The notes beneath the pieces were generated by a model. It saw only the letters and a list, made by a program, of their open reading frames with translations. It had not been told where the DNA came from and ran no database searches. Source: Dictyostelium discoideum (taxonomy: Eukaryota). Taken from it: 64,000 nt of DNA. Position numbers and translations under genes: made by a program. Positions 28,072 to 38,857 of the stretch are shown in pieces. The DNA lies in NCBI GenBank assembly GCA_000004695.1, contig CM000151.3, forward strand, positions 5,952,001-6,016,000, read 5' to 3'. How positions within the stretch are numbered: position 1 is the stretch's first letter; each line of letters opens with the position of its first letter.

Positions 28072-28929
28072 CTTCTACTTCTTTATAAATGTCTAAGTTT
28101 TAAAAACTTTAATTTTAACTTCATCTTTAATTTTATCATTTTTCATTTTTAATTTTATTTCGCATTTTCTATATTTATTGTAAATAATTTCTATGTTTTG
28201 GTATTTTCTTAAAGTCTTTTTTGGAGGAAGAGAAAAAAAAAAAAAAAATGAGGAAAAAAAAAAAAAATATCTATTTTATTTTATTTTATTTTTTTTTTTT
28301 ATTTTTTTATTTTTTTATTTTTTTATTTTTTTATTTTTTTTTATTCAAATTCTTCATTATGATAAATATCTCAGGGTTGCATTGTAAATATTCGAACCCT
28401 TTTTTTATTTTATTTTTTATTTTATTTTTTATTTTTTATTTTATATTTTTAATTTTATTTTATTTATTTTATTTTTTAATCCTAGTAGTTTTTTTTTTAT
28501 TGGATTAAATTATTTATTTTGTTATTTATCCTTGCGAATTACATTTTGGGTTATAATTTAAAAAAAATTGTGACATGTTACAATTTCAAATATAAATATT
28601 AAGTTTATCATATTATTGAATTATTTAATTTATTTTGGTGTTTCCCCAAATAATTGTTTCAAATTTTGTATAATTGTCCGATAGTTATAAACAAATTTAA
28701 AAAAAAAAAATCTAATAATAGATATATTTAATTATTATAATTTTTTTATTTCCTAATATTTATTTATTTATATATTTATTTTTTAATTATTTATTTTTCA
28801 TTGTTAATGGATTTAATAATTAGATAAATTAATTAAAAGGGGGTGGGGTTGTTGATTAATATAATTGGATAGTTGAATTTTGAGTATAGTTGGAAAGACG
28901 ATATTAATTAAAATTCAATTATCAATTGA

Positions 28930-29169
28930 TTTCTATGTTTATTTATGAACTGTAGGTGATTGAGGTGCGAAAGGGAAACAATTAGATTAACATTTTTCCA
29001 AAATTTCTGGACACATGTCGTATATGACACTTGGGGATTTTGCGCTATTAGCAATACATAATTTGAAACCATCTTAGCAAGTTTTTAGACATTTGGGATT
29101 GATAATTGAACAAAAAGCTCCGGAGGTTACAATTGATAATAATAATGCAATGAGATTTATTTTATTCAT
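28930..29169 (-). pseudogene. Pseudogene copy of the small secreted 8-Cys peptide family (copy I).
   Basis: It reads MNKINLIALLLSIVTSGAFCSIINPKCLKTC* with a premature stop. Its flanks are homologous to the other family copies. Confidence 0.5.
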
Positions 29170-29536
29170 TTTTATTTTTTTATTTTGTTTTATTTTTTTA
29201 TTTTTATTAAAAATTGAAAGATAGAAATTAGTATTTTAAATTATAAAAAAAAATAAAAAAAAAAATTTTAAATATATTTATATTAAAAAAAAAAAGAAAT
29301 TAAATTTTGAAAAAATAAGTTGGAAATTATTTTTTTTTACAATTTATTTGTTATTGCAATAATCCTAAATAATAACAAGGAAACGAAAAAAAAATTATAA
29401 TTCAAAATAAATAAAAGTGAGTTTTCAAAAAACTTTATTGTTGTAGTTTAGTTTAGTTAAGTTTAAGAATTCCATGTGTTTAATTCCACTCCATTTTCGA
29501 ATTTTTCTCTCCTATTCGGCTGAGTTTAATTTATCC

Positions 29537-29571
<35 letters not shown>

Positions 29572-29904
29572 TTAATAAAAACATAATAATTAATTTTTGC
29601 AACCTAATTATTTCAAGTAAAAAAATAAAAAGGTGAAATTTCTATTATTGGATTAATTATTTTTGAATTTAATAAAGTTTTCAGTTAACTATACAATTAA
29701 CTATTTAGTTTATTAATTATTATTAAACTAATTTTTTGATTAAATAATTTACTTATTTTATTAATGGATTTAATAATTAAATAAATAAATTAAAAGGGTT
29801 TTAGTTGGTTGTAATAAATTAGATAATTGGATATATTGAATTTTGAGTATAGTTGGAAAGACCATATTAATTAAAATTCTATTATCAATTGATTTCTTTG
29901 TTTA

Positions 29905-30135
29905 TTAATGGACTGCAGGTGATCGAGATGGGAGATCAACCATATGCAAGATACAGTTATATAAGCATGTACCTAATGCTTCTGAACAAACTTCGAGCGG
30001 TGCTGAGTCAAAACCGGTAACACAAAATAGGAAAGTATTTTTGCAATCTTTTTTACATTTGGTATTGAAAATTGAACAAAAAGCTCCAGAGGTGGCAATA
30101 GATAATAAAAGTACAATTAGAATTATTTTATTCAT
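29905..30135 (-). CDS. Small secreted cysteine-rich peptide (76 aa), family member II.
   Basis: It reads MNKIILIVLLLSIATSGAFC|SIFNTKCKKDCKNTFLFCVTGFDSAPLEVCSEALGTCLYNCILHMVDLPSRSPAVH. A signal peptide is followed by a mature domain with C-x6-C-x3-C spacing twice. Paralogs lie at 42199-42444 and 45672-45920. Confidence 0.6.
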   Translation of the reverse strand: MNKIILIVLLLSIATSGAFCSIFNTKCKKDCKNTFLFCVTGFDSAPLEVCSEALGTCLYNCILHMVDLPSRSPAVH

Positions 30136-30970
30136 TTTTATTATATTTTGTTTTTTTTATTATTATTAAAAATTTGAAAAATAGATATTGGTATAATATT
30201 TAAATTATAAAAGTAAATAAAATTTTAAAAAGTATTTATATTAAAAAAAAAAAAAGAAAATTTAATTTGAAAAAATAAAAAAAAAAATAGATATAGTTAT
30301 TAATTATTAAAAAAAAAAAATTTGAAAGTAAATGTGCACCCATCTTAAAACCAAAAGAGGATGACTACATCGATTTTTTATTCCATAATTGTTATTTGAA
30401 TATGACGACAATAATTTTAAGCACCTTTTGTAAATCAAAGAAAAAAATAAAAATAATTTTAAAAAGGTAACTTGCCAATACATAGATTTAATACCAATTT
30501 TTTTAAAATATTTGAGAAAAATATTTATAATTTATGAATTCCATTGGTTATTTTAAAATAAAAAAAGTAAAATAATCTATAGATTTTACAGATAATTTTT
30601 AAAACCATGTACAATTTAGTGTGTGGGTGAAAAAAATAAATTTAGATTTAACAAAAAAAAAAAAATTAAAAAAAAAAATAAATAAATAAATGAAAAAAAT
30701 AAAATAGGAACTGGTTTAAATTGTTAAAAGTCATAATGATAAAAAATGTCAACTTGTGAAATAACAAGTGGTAATTGTAGAATTTTCCATTGATTTTAGC
30801 AGTTGATGGTGCAATAATTATTCCAAATACTAATTTTATTCATTCATTTTTAATTTATTCCTTGAGAATTTAAGTTCTAATTCAAAAAAATAATTTATTT
30901 TTAATTTTATTTATTAATTGAGAATTTAAACTAACTACATTTATAGTTATATTTTAATTTTTTTAGTGGC

Positions 30971-31004
<34 letters not shown>

Positions 31005-31410
31005 TAATTATTTATTTTTTATTATTTATTTGTATTAATTTAATGAATTAATATTTTATTTATTCATTGACAAATTAAATAAATAAAATTACATTTAGAG
31101 TTATAATTTAATATTAATATTAAAATGTTTTTTTTTAAACTAATTTCAAGTGGGGTTAACTTTTTTTTTTTTTTCATTTTTTATATTTTATTTTTTAAGT
31201 TTATATGTTTCATGTAAAATCAAAAAGGGATTTTTTAACCCCTAATTTCACCCTTGAAAAAAACACTTAATAAATTTAATAATATTTGGCAATAAAAATA
31301 AATAAAATGTATTCTTTATTCATTAATTAATAATATTTATGAAGTGCAATATTTAATTATGTGCTTTTTAAAATTTTGAGGGAAAAAATTAGACAATTTT
31401 AAAAAACTAA
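30060..31410. repeat. Segmental duplication block (the 5' part of the Cys-peptide gene plus ~1.3 kb of its upstream region). It is almost identical to 38860-40190.
   Basis: Long colinear identity with only a few mismatches or indels, read by eye. More diverged versions lie at 42380-43160 plus 43700-44300, and at 45860-46600. Confidence 0.8.
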
Positions 31411-31915
31411 ACGCACTATGGACATGGTTTCAAAGTTGGAAAGTCCTAAAAAAAAAAAAAAAGCTTCAAATTCATTATGGATTCTATTGGATCATTATAC
31501 AAAACATTGTAAGATTTCCCAAAGAATTCATAAAAGTAATAATGTTTTCATTGGTTTCAATATTAATGAAAGATATTTTGGTATGATTGCACTGACGAAG
31601 AATGTAAAAAGAAAACACAACAAAAAAAAATTCAAATAAAACTAAATCAAAAAAAAACCATAAAACAATGGAATTCGATGAAGATTTTTTCAATTAAAAT
31701 TCTATAAAAATAAAAAACAAAATAAAAAAAATAAATTTTATAAAAAAAAAAAATGTTTGAAAATATAAAATCATTAATCTTCACAGCAGTTTCTTTATTA
31801 TTCTCTTTTTTTGTTATCATAGTGATTCAATTAAAATCTTGGTGAGGCAGTTTTGGAAACAATAGACGATTCATAAACCCCAAACTTCATTACAACAAGA
31901 ATCATTAAAATTACA

Positions 31916-32503
31916 ATGTACATGCAAACCATTATAAAACAATCGAAAAGTATCGATGAAGATTTGGTACAAGGAACTAAAAAATGGGAAGAAGCAAGAG
32001 AGTAGTATTCTTTAACTGGAAGTAGATTAGCTGCTGCCATTGGAATTGATCGATACACTTCACAACATGATATAAAATTAATATTGGCGAAAAAGAAAAC
32101 CCCATTCTTTAGTGACTACTGTAAAAAGGCAATGGGACATGGAAAACACCAAGAACCAAAAGCAAGAGAATTTTATTTTAATGAATTGGAGACTTCAATT
32201 ATCGAAAAGGGTATCTTTCCATTGCCAGGCGACAAAAGAATTGGATGTTCTCCTGATAGGGTAATTTACACAACAGTACCTGGTAAAGATGGAGTTTTAC
32301 AGCGTGAAGGAGTTATTGAAATTAAATGTCCACTATCTGCCACGAACTTCAGTGGCCTAAAGAATGGTAGAAAACCTGATGCCTTAGCTAATGCTCAGAA
32401 AATACCTCTAGATTACATTCCACAAATATTTGCAAACATGGCATGTACTGGGGCACAATGGTGTGATTATATATGTTGGGTTCCAGGTGGTATACTTTTG
32501 TAG
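31916..32503 (+). pseudogene. YqaJ-type viral recombinase / lambda-exonuclease-like (PD-(D/E)xK) nuclease domain gene. It is disrupted by an in-frame TAG at ~32003-32005 and truncated at its C-terminus.
   Basis: The translation reads MYMQTIIKQSKSIDEDLVQGTKKWEEARE*YSLTGSRLAAAIGIDRYTSQHDIKL...GHGKHQEPKAREFYFNELETSIIEKGIFPLPGDKRIGCSPDRVIY...DGVLQREGVIEIKCPLSATNF...IPLDYIPQIFANMACTGAQWCDYICWVPGG. This matches the YqaJ pattern: W..R.G.iTaS, then gasPDg, then ilEiKCP, then Y..QvQ.Q. The domain stops early at ...GGILL*. Confidence 0.65.
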
Positions 32504-32717
32504 AAGGGTATTCTTTGATACAAATGTATGGAAATTTATTTATTCGTTATCAAAATTATTTATAGATACACCTTTAAATGAAATACCTTTAAAGAATGAA
32601 AAAACATTAATAATAAATACATTACTCTTACAGAAACTTAAAGTTTTAAATCCACACCTAAATATTCATGTACGAACTAAATTATCAAAAAAAATAATAA
32701 AAAATAAAAAAAATAAT

Positions 32718-33120
32718 TTCTAATGGCTTATAATAATAATTCTTTTATTTTAAAATAATAAAAAATAGAAAAAGTTTTAAAAAAAAATAATAAAAAAAAA
32801 AATTCTAATGGCTTTTATAAAGATTATTTTAAAATTGAAAAAAATAAAAAAATTTAAATTTGTAAACTGATTAATGTTACACTATTAATGTCTTCGAAAT
32901 ATCTATTGAATTTTCTAAAGATATTTGAAGGTTTCAGAGAAACAGTTTTTTAGGAATAATTAATGATTTTTTCTAATGGTTTTTCTAATGATTTTCAGTA
33001 TAATGATTTTTAAGATAATAAAAAATTGATTTTTTTTTGGGGTTTTGGGGAAAAGATATTTATTGGAGAATATTTCCTAGTTTCTTTATAATCATTTTAC
33101 AAAAAAAAATTTTCTAACGG
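32718..33120. repeat. Array of five TTCTAA(T/C)GG motifs spaced 15-170 bp apart, with two ~100-bp tandem units at 32960-33200.
   Basis: The motifs lie at about 32718, 32803, 32971, 32983 and 33112. The two ~100-bp units share gg(g)tttt(a)gg(g/t)gaaaaga(t/a)atttatt(g/a)g(a/g)gaat. Confidence 0.4.
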
Positions 33121-33631
33121 TTTGATTATAATCATCATGGGGTTTAGGTGAAAAGAAATTTATTAGGGAATGTTTTGTTTTTCAATTCATTTTCAAAAAT
33201 ATATAAATAATGGTTAATGTAAATTTTTGTAAGGTACCAAGAGGAAAGAATGGAGAAAATGTTAAAGTATGTCTATTCATATAGTTAAAAAAAAATATAA
33301 ATTTATTAAATATAAATATAAATTAACATCATTTTTTTCTTATTTTTTTTATAGGTTCTTAATAATGATTATTTGACAATCATACAGTTTAAAATTAAAA
33401 AATTGTTTTAAACCATCACTTTTTTTGAACACATGAAAATAAATAAGAAATAAAAATAAAAAGATAAAAAAAGATTTTTTTTTTTTTTTTTATTTTATAA
33501 TTATTCTTGTCGTCAGTATTGTTACTATAATTAATCCCATGAGTTTTTTTTATTATTATTTTTAATTCTTTTATATTTGAGATGATTATTATTAATTAAA
33601 TGACTTTGAGTTTTTTTTTTTATTTTTCTAT

Positions 33632-33806
33632 GCCCAAAATTACCATATTAATTTCGGCAGCCATATTAATTTCAGCCTAAAATAGTTGGTCTGTGCATGC
33701 CAAAATAATATGGCTGCTGAAATTAATATGGTATTACTAGCAGACATAAGTCCCATGCCAAAACTATCATATTAATTTCAGCAGCCATATTAATTTTGGC
33801 ATGGGA
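33632..33806. repeat. Composite palindromic repeat. A ~40-bp unit (TGCC(C)AAAAyTAyCATATTAATTTCrGCAGCCATATTAATTT) occurs as direct, inverted, direct copies, and the second and third copies form a ~38-bp-arm hairpin.
   Basis: Unit A is 33632-33677, unit B (inverted) 33696-33733, unit C 33751-33806. B is the reverse complement of C with a ~35-nt loop. It lies immediately upstream of the A32-like ATPase fragment. Confidence 0.7.
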
Positions 33807-34057
33807 CATTCCATCGATTTAAATTTTTCTAAAGTTTTTTTATTTTTTTATTTAATTAATTATTTATTTTTTTATCTTTGTAAAGCAATGACTGATTTTG
33901 ATATTAGTGATTCAGAAGAAAAAGATATTAGAAAAAATGATGTAAAAGTAAGAAAAAAAATTGAAAAAAAAATTAACACCAATGGTGCACCTGATGACCA
34001 ATTTGTCATTACATAAAAACAAAAATGAATAAATGGTGGCAACAATGTGTCCCTTAA

Positions 34058-34828
34058 AAGTATATTTTTGAAGAGTGGTCGCCACATATAATTCAAAAAA
34101 TCTTTGATAGAAATAAGGCCATTATTGATGCTGGTTTACAAAAATATACCGATACTAGAATTCTCTTTATTTTAGATGATATTATTGGTGAAGATAGTTT
34201 TAAAAACGATGAAGTTTTAAAAAATGTTTTTATTTTGGGTCGTCATTATCATGTTGGATTTATGATATTAACACAGTATGCTTATGCTCTTCATCCATTG
34301 GTTAGAGGTAACACTGATTATGTTTTAACCACACTTCAATCACAAAATCGTCAAAGGGAAGCCATTGCAAAGGATTATGCTGATATTGTTGATAGAAATG
34401 CATTTTATGAACTTTTGGATAAAAATACTACCGATAATCATCTATTGGTTATCGATTTATCAAAGCCAACCATTAATGTCGATGATGTTTTCTCTCGTTT
34501 CAAAGCTGATAATCCAGGGCCATTTAGGGTGGGATCAGAAAAATGCTGGGATAAACATGAAAAACAAATTCAAATGATATATAATAAAGTTAGATTGGAA
34601 ATGGGTTGGTATTCAGAAGAAGATCAAGAGATAAGAAAGAAAAAATTTAAAAAAAAACTTGAAAAACATGAAAAAAAAGAAAAAGAAGTTGAAGTAAATA
34701 TTGAAAAACTTCCAAAATCAATAGAGAAAAAAAATGAAAGTAATGAAGAAGACAATGAAAAAAATCAAATAAATTTTTTAATTTTAATTTTTTTTTTTTT
34801 TTTTTTTTTTATAATCTTTTATTGATTT
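34058..34828 (+). pseudogene. C-terminal half of an A32-like (FtsK/HerA superfamily) DNA-packaging ATPase, the type found in NCLDVs, Polintons/Mavericks and virophages. The Walker A half is missing, so this is a fragment.
   Basis: The open frame reads ...RILFILDDIIGEDSF (Walker B hhhhDD), then ...VFILGRHYHVGFMILTQYAYALHPLVRGNTDYVLTT. The GRH, Q and R.N motif order and spacing match vaccinia A32 FLLIFDDVGD...FGRHLNTSIILLCQTY...RANITHFCSF. An E/K-rich tail follows. The track ORF 34235..34825 starts at an internal TTG. Confidence 0.6.
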
Positions 34829-36525
34829 CTTTAATGTTTGTTAAAAGTTTTTCTTGAGTTCCAAAAAATGTGAGATAAAATGGGACCCCAAAATTTGGAT
34901 CACCTCTAAATATAGAACTAACACCATTCCCAATGAGAAGTGTTAAACATACACCCATCGATAGCTGAAGGCTCGATGATAAAAGTAAATCATTAGTTGA
35001 TGTTTGATTGATTTTATATCGATAATCTCTCAATAAATCATTTTCCATTATAACATGTAAACTACTATCACCTTTCTTTGGTTCTAAAACATATTTATCG
35101 AATGATTCATCGAGTTTATGGCCAACATATGACCCAATTAATGCTTGTGCTAATCCATGAGAAATTGCTGTAATTACTTCATTAGCCATTTTTTTTTCTA
35201 AAGACCTGTTTTAATATTTGTTCCAATGGATGGTGGTTTTTCTATGTAAATTAGAATATGTTGTCCATGGGCTAACATTACTTCATATTGATTTTCCAAT
35301 GAATGATTGTTGTCGTGAATTTTTTTAACGCTTCTAACTATTAATGCATCACCCGATAAAGTGTGTAATTCATTTTCTCTAATCCACGATTTTGCTGTGG
35401 GATCTAAAGCAATTGTTTTTTTAACATGTGATTCAATTTTATCATGATGATGGTCGTCTGATATTGAAATGAATTGACTATAAATAATTCCAGCTGCTAT
35501 TCCTCCTAATAAATAATAGTTCATTTTTTTATTTCTTTTTATTTAAAATATCCTTTAGTTTTTCTTCATTTAATTGAATTTGAGATTTTATTTCTTCATC
35601 GGTCTCTTTTCTTTTTTGGGATCTTTCTCTGCTATTCACTTCATTGGTCATCCTAATGGTTTCAGCAATAGCAGCCACCGTTCTTAAAATAACTGGTGTA
35701 CGACCAATATCATACTTTATAACCAACTCTTGGAATGTATCTTTAAAAAAATAAAACCTTAATTGGTTTTGTTTTATTTTGTGTAATAATCTTTATTTTT
35801 TTATTTTTTTTATTTATTTTTTTTTTATTTTTTTTATTTATTCTTATTTTTGCAATGATCTTTATTTTTTATTATTTTCTTTTTATTTTTCTTCTTTTTT
35901 TGTTGGGATATCTGTTCTTTTTCGTGTACCAGGAAAATTAAGATCCAAAATATTGATGGTAAAGAAATCTTGAATATTTTTATCTTGAACTAAATGATCC
36001 TCACCAATATAGTAGTTTAATACATCTCTGAATTGAAAAGGAGGTAAGGAACCATCTTCGTTAACTTTGAGTGATTGATAAAGTATTGATGCAGTTTTAT
36101 ACATTTCAAGTCTTTCTACTACTTCCTTGATACATTCTGCTGTACAATTTTTCCCAAATTCAAATTCCAATAAGTTATCATATTGAAAAAGGTTTTCAGT
36201 AAAATTTGGGTGGTGGTGGTTACGGTTCATTTTTTTTTCTCTGTGTCAAAAATGAAAATTATTTGTGTGAATTAAAAATAAAAATAAAAACAAAAATATA
36301 AAAAAAAAAAAATAAAAAAAAAAAATTGAAAAAAAAGGTCAACCCATGAGGAGCCATATTCCCGAAAACAAAGTATACCCCATTCCCATTAAAATGATTA
36401 ACTCTGGGCCAGACACCATTGGCGTTTTTTCTAATGAACATAATATCGTTAAACCATTGCGTGTTTGGAGTTATAGAATTGTCGTTGATAATACCAACAT
36501 AGTGATGTGAGTTACAGGAATTCAC
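34809..36525 (-). other. Run of five short minus-strand ORFs (126, 108, 65, 115 and 88 aa). Two are in the same frame, separated by a single TAG. They are likely remnants of one or more decayed genes in the island.
   Basis: ORFs 35198..35524 and 34809..35189 are joined as ...NIKTGL*KKMANEVITAIS... The other ORFs shift frame. There are two hydrophobic segments. I recognised no domain. Confidence 0.25.
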
Positions 36526-36845
36526 AAAAAAAAAAGGATCAATAAAATAATTTTTAATAAAATTTTCATTTGGAGATAGTTATTTATATGAAGTATAATA
36601 TAATAAAAATAAAAAAATAAAAAAAATTTATACAAAAATAAAATGGTGAGAAAAATATTAATGTTTTTGAGTAAATTAGGTAAAAATTAAAAAATAATTT
36701 TTTTTATTTATTATTTTTTTTTTTTAATTTACAAATTTATTTATTATTTATTTATAATTTCTCACTTAAAAAATTAAGTAGTCATTGTTATTATTATTTT
36801 TTTTATTTTTTTTTTATTTTTATTTATTATTTTTTTTATTTTTTT

Positions 36846-38095
36846 TTGTTTTTATTTATTTTTTTTTTTATTTTTTTTTTGCTGTATATCGGTAAAGCAT
36901 CCCATCAAGAAGGAAGGGGTTTGTACAACAGAGGTTACACAGATCTAACTGGTGGCTCAAGGAGATGGGGGAATCCAAATTCAGACCCACCAGAAATGGC
37001 AAATGCTGAAGTTTTAATGTATTATAGAGGTTTTGATGGTCCAGTTGCTGGTCATGCTGAGTGGTGGTTCCTTTCAGTATTTGGGTGTCCAGAAAATAGT
37101 TTCAACGAGGGTGGTTTAAGGACATCTGAACACAGTTATGGCGCAGGTCAATGGAATTTTTTCCATGCAAATGCTCCCCCAGTTAATGTTCGTCAATATA
37201 TTATAAATCAAGATCCATCCCCCGGTTTTTTTTTAGATTTCAAAACTATCCATCTGCTCCAAGTATTATAAGAAGAATTGTTGAATGTGAAACTGAACGA
37301 TTACACGCTGAAGGTCTTTCAGTTAAAGTTCCTGGTCTTCAAAATCAAGTGGTACATTTTCAAAATCAAGTGGTAAATCTTCAAAATGCAAACGAACTAT
37401 TGACAAACTATAATGCTTATTTGGCTGCAGCTCTTCTTAATGCTATGCCTCAGATTCCAAATCTAGATGGTTTTCTACCAGTATACGGTCCTGGGTTGGA
37501 AGTTTCAAGTGAAGCTATTCGTAATTGGAATGAAGCAAGAAAAAATGGCGGTGGTGGTATTGGTGGTGGTATCGGTGGCGGTGGTATTGGTGGTATTGGT
37601 GGTATCGGTGGGGTAGATGATGGTAAAAAGGGTGATGGTAAAAGAGGTTCAGGTGGTGCGGATGGTGCACATGATGGTTGGTTAAAATCTGGCTGTATTT
37701 GTCCAGAAACTCCTCCTTGTCCAGTAGTAATTCCATGTCCAGAGCCAGTGGTTTGTAATATAGCAAAAATTCAAATTCAATTGAATTCAACCATAAAAAG
37801 TTTGGATGAATGCAAAAAACAAAAGGACCAAACCAATGATAACCTCAACGTCTGCAAGTCCCATAAAGATGAGACACAAGATTGGCTCACCGACTGTCAA
37901 AAAGAATATGTTAAACAAACAAGTCATTCATCCAAAGATGATACTCTAATTTCTCTCAGAAACTGCCAAGCCGAATACCAAAAAGAAACATTCAAAAAAG
38001 ATAAGCTCTGCCGTGGTTTGTCCAAACATATCATTGGTTATCTCGATTTCTGTGAAGATAAGGTAGAAAAGCTCAAACTCGCTAATTGTGAATAG
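36846..38095 (+). CDS. Hypothetical ~415-aa protein with a Gly-rich (GGIGG)n segment, a CxxPxxPPCP Cys/Pro cluster and a Cys-containing coiled-coil tail. It is intact only if a +1 shift occurs in a T9 homopolymer at ~37224-37232.
   Basis: ORF 36846..37271 ends 75 bp before ORF 37349..38095, which is in the +1 frame. With T10 instead of T9, ...DPSPGFF joins FRFQNYPSAPSIIRRIVECETERLHAEG...VHFQNQVVNLQNANELL... continuously. This could be a sequencing error, a pseudogene or a slippage site. Confidence 0.45.
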
Positions 38096-38518
38096 TTTTC
38101 TCATTTTTAAAAAAAAAAAAAAACAAAAAAAAAAAAATCATATAATGGTTTCCTTTATGAAATCAATAAAAAAATTCTTTAAATAAAATTTTTAATCTTA
38201 TTTTAAAAAAATTCTTTTAATGAAATCCATTATTTTCATTTTTTATAATTTTATTGAACTTTATTGAAAATAATTAGATATTGTTATTTCCAATGGTTTT
38301 AGATTGATAACGGTATAGATGTGACCATTAAATAGAAAACTATTAAAAATTGAGCCAAAGAAAAATCAACGATTTTTAATGGTTGTTTAAAGATTTCCTA
38401 TAGAAAATTTAAAATGATTTTTTTAAAAATATTTCAAAACCAATGTCATAAAATAAAAATTCTCAATTACTAAATATAAACATGTATAGATCATTAGGTT
38501 TATTTTTAAAAAAAAACG

Positions 38519-38773
38519 ATGGGTGCCCGTCAAAAAAAAGAAATTGAAGCAGATCCTGAAAGGGTAAAATTAATAAAAATTAAAAAAACACAAAAAAGAT
38601 TGGCCGAACAAGAAGAAAGAAGAAGGTTGATGCAAGAAGAAAGTGAAAGAAGACGATTGCAAAGACTTAGAGAAAAACAAGAGCCAATTAGAACCTTTGC
38701 AACTGCACAAGAAGCTCAACGATATATACCCAAACCTGGTAACTTTGCACGTAAAAGAGGTGCTAGAAATTAA
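38519..38773 (+). CDS. Small (84 aa) Lys/Arg/Glu-rich protein.
   Basis: MGARQKKEIEADPERVKLIKIKKTQKRLAEQEERRRLMQEESERRRLQRLREKQEPIRTFATAQEAQRYIPKPGNFARKRGARN. Its codon usage is less AT-biased than the surrounding DNA. I did not recognise the family. Confidence 0.35.
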   Translation: MGARQKKEIEADPERVKLIKIKKTQKRLAEQEERRRLMQEESERRRLQRLREKQEPIRTFATAQEAQRYIPKPGNFARKRGARN

Positions 38774-38857
38774 AAAAGAAAAAAGAAAAATAATTGAAAG
38801 AAATAAAAAAAAAAAAATTAAAAATTAAAAAAAAAATAAACTACATCTCTTATATAA

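Noticed and set aside
31418-32058. Short ORFs 31418-31639(+), 31484-31693(-) and 31831-32058(-) at the left edge of the island.
   Set aside because: They show no recognisable domain and have AT-rich composition, and 31831-32058 is antisense to the start of the YqaJ fragment. They are mentioned only as island content.
32003-35197. Possibility that the in-frame TAG codons indicate a reassigned stop codon.
   Set aside because: TAG is used as the true terminator of conserved genes in this same window (for example MTR4 at 23823-23825). Pseudogenisation or sequencing error is more parsimonious.
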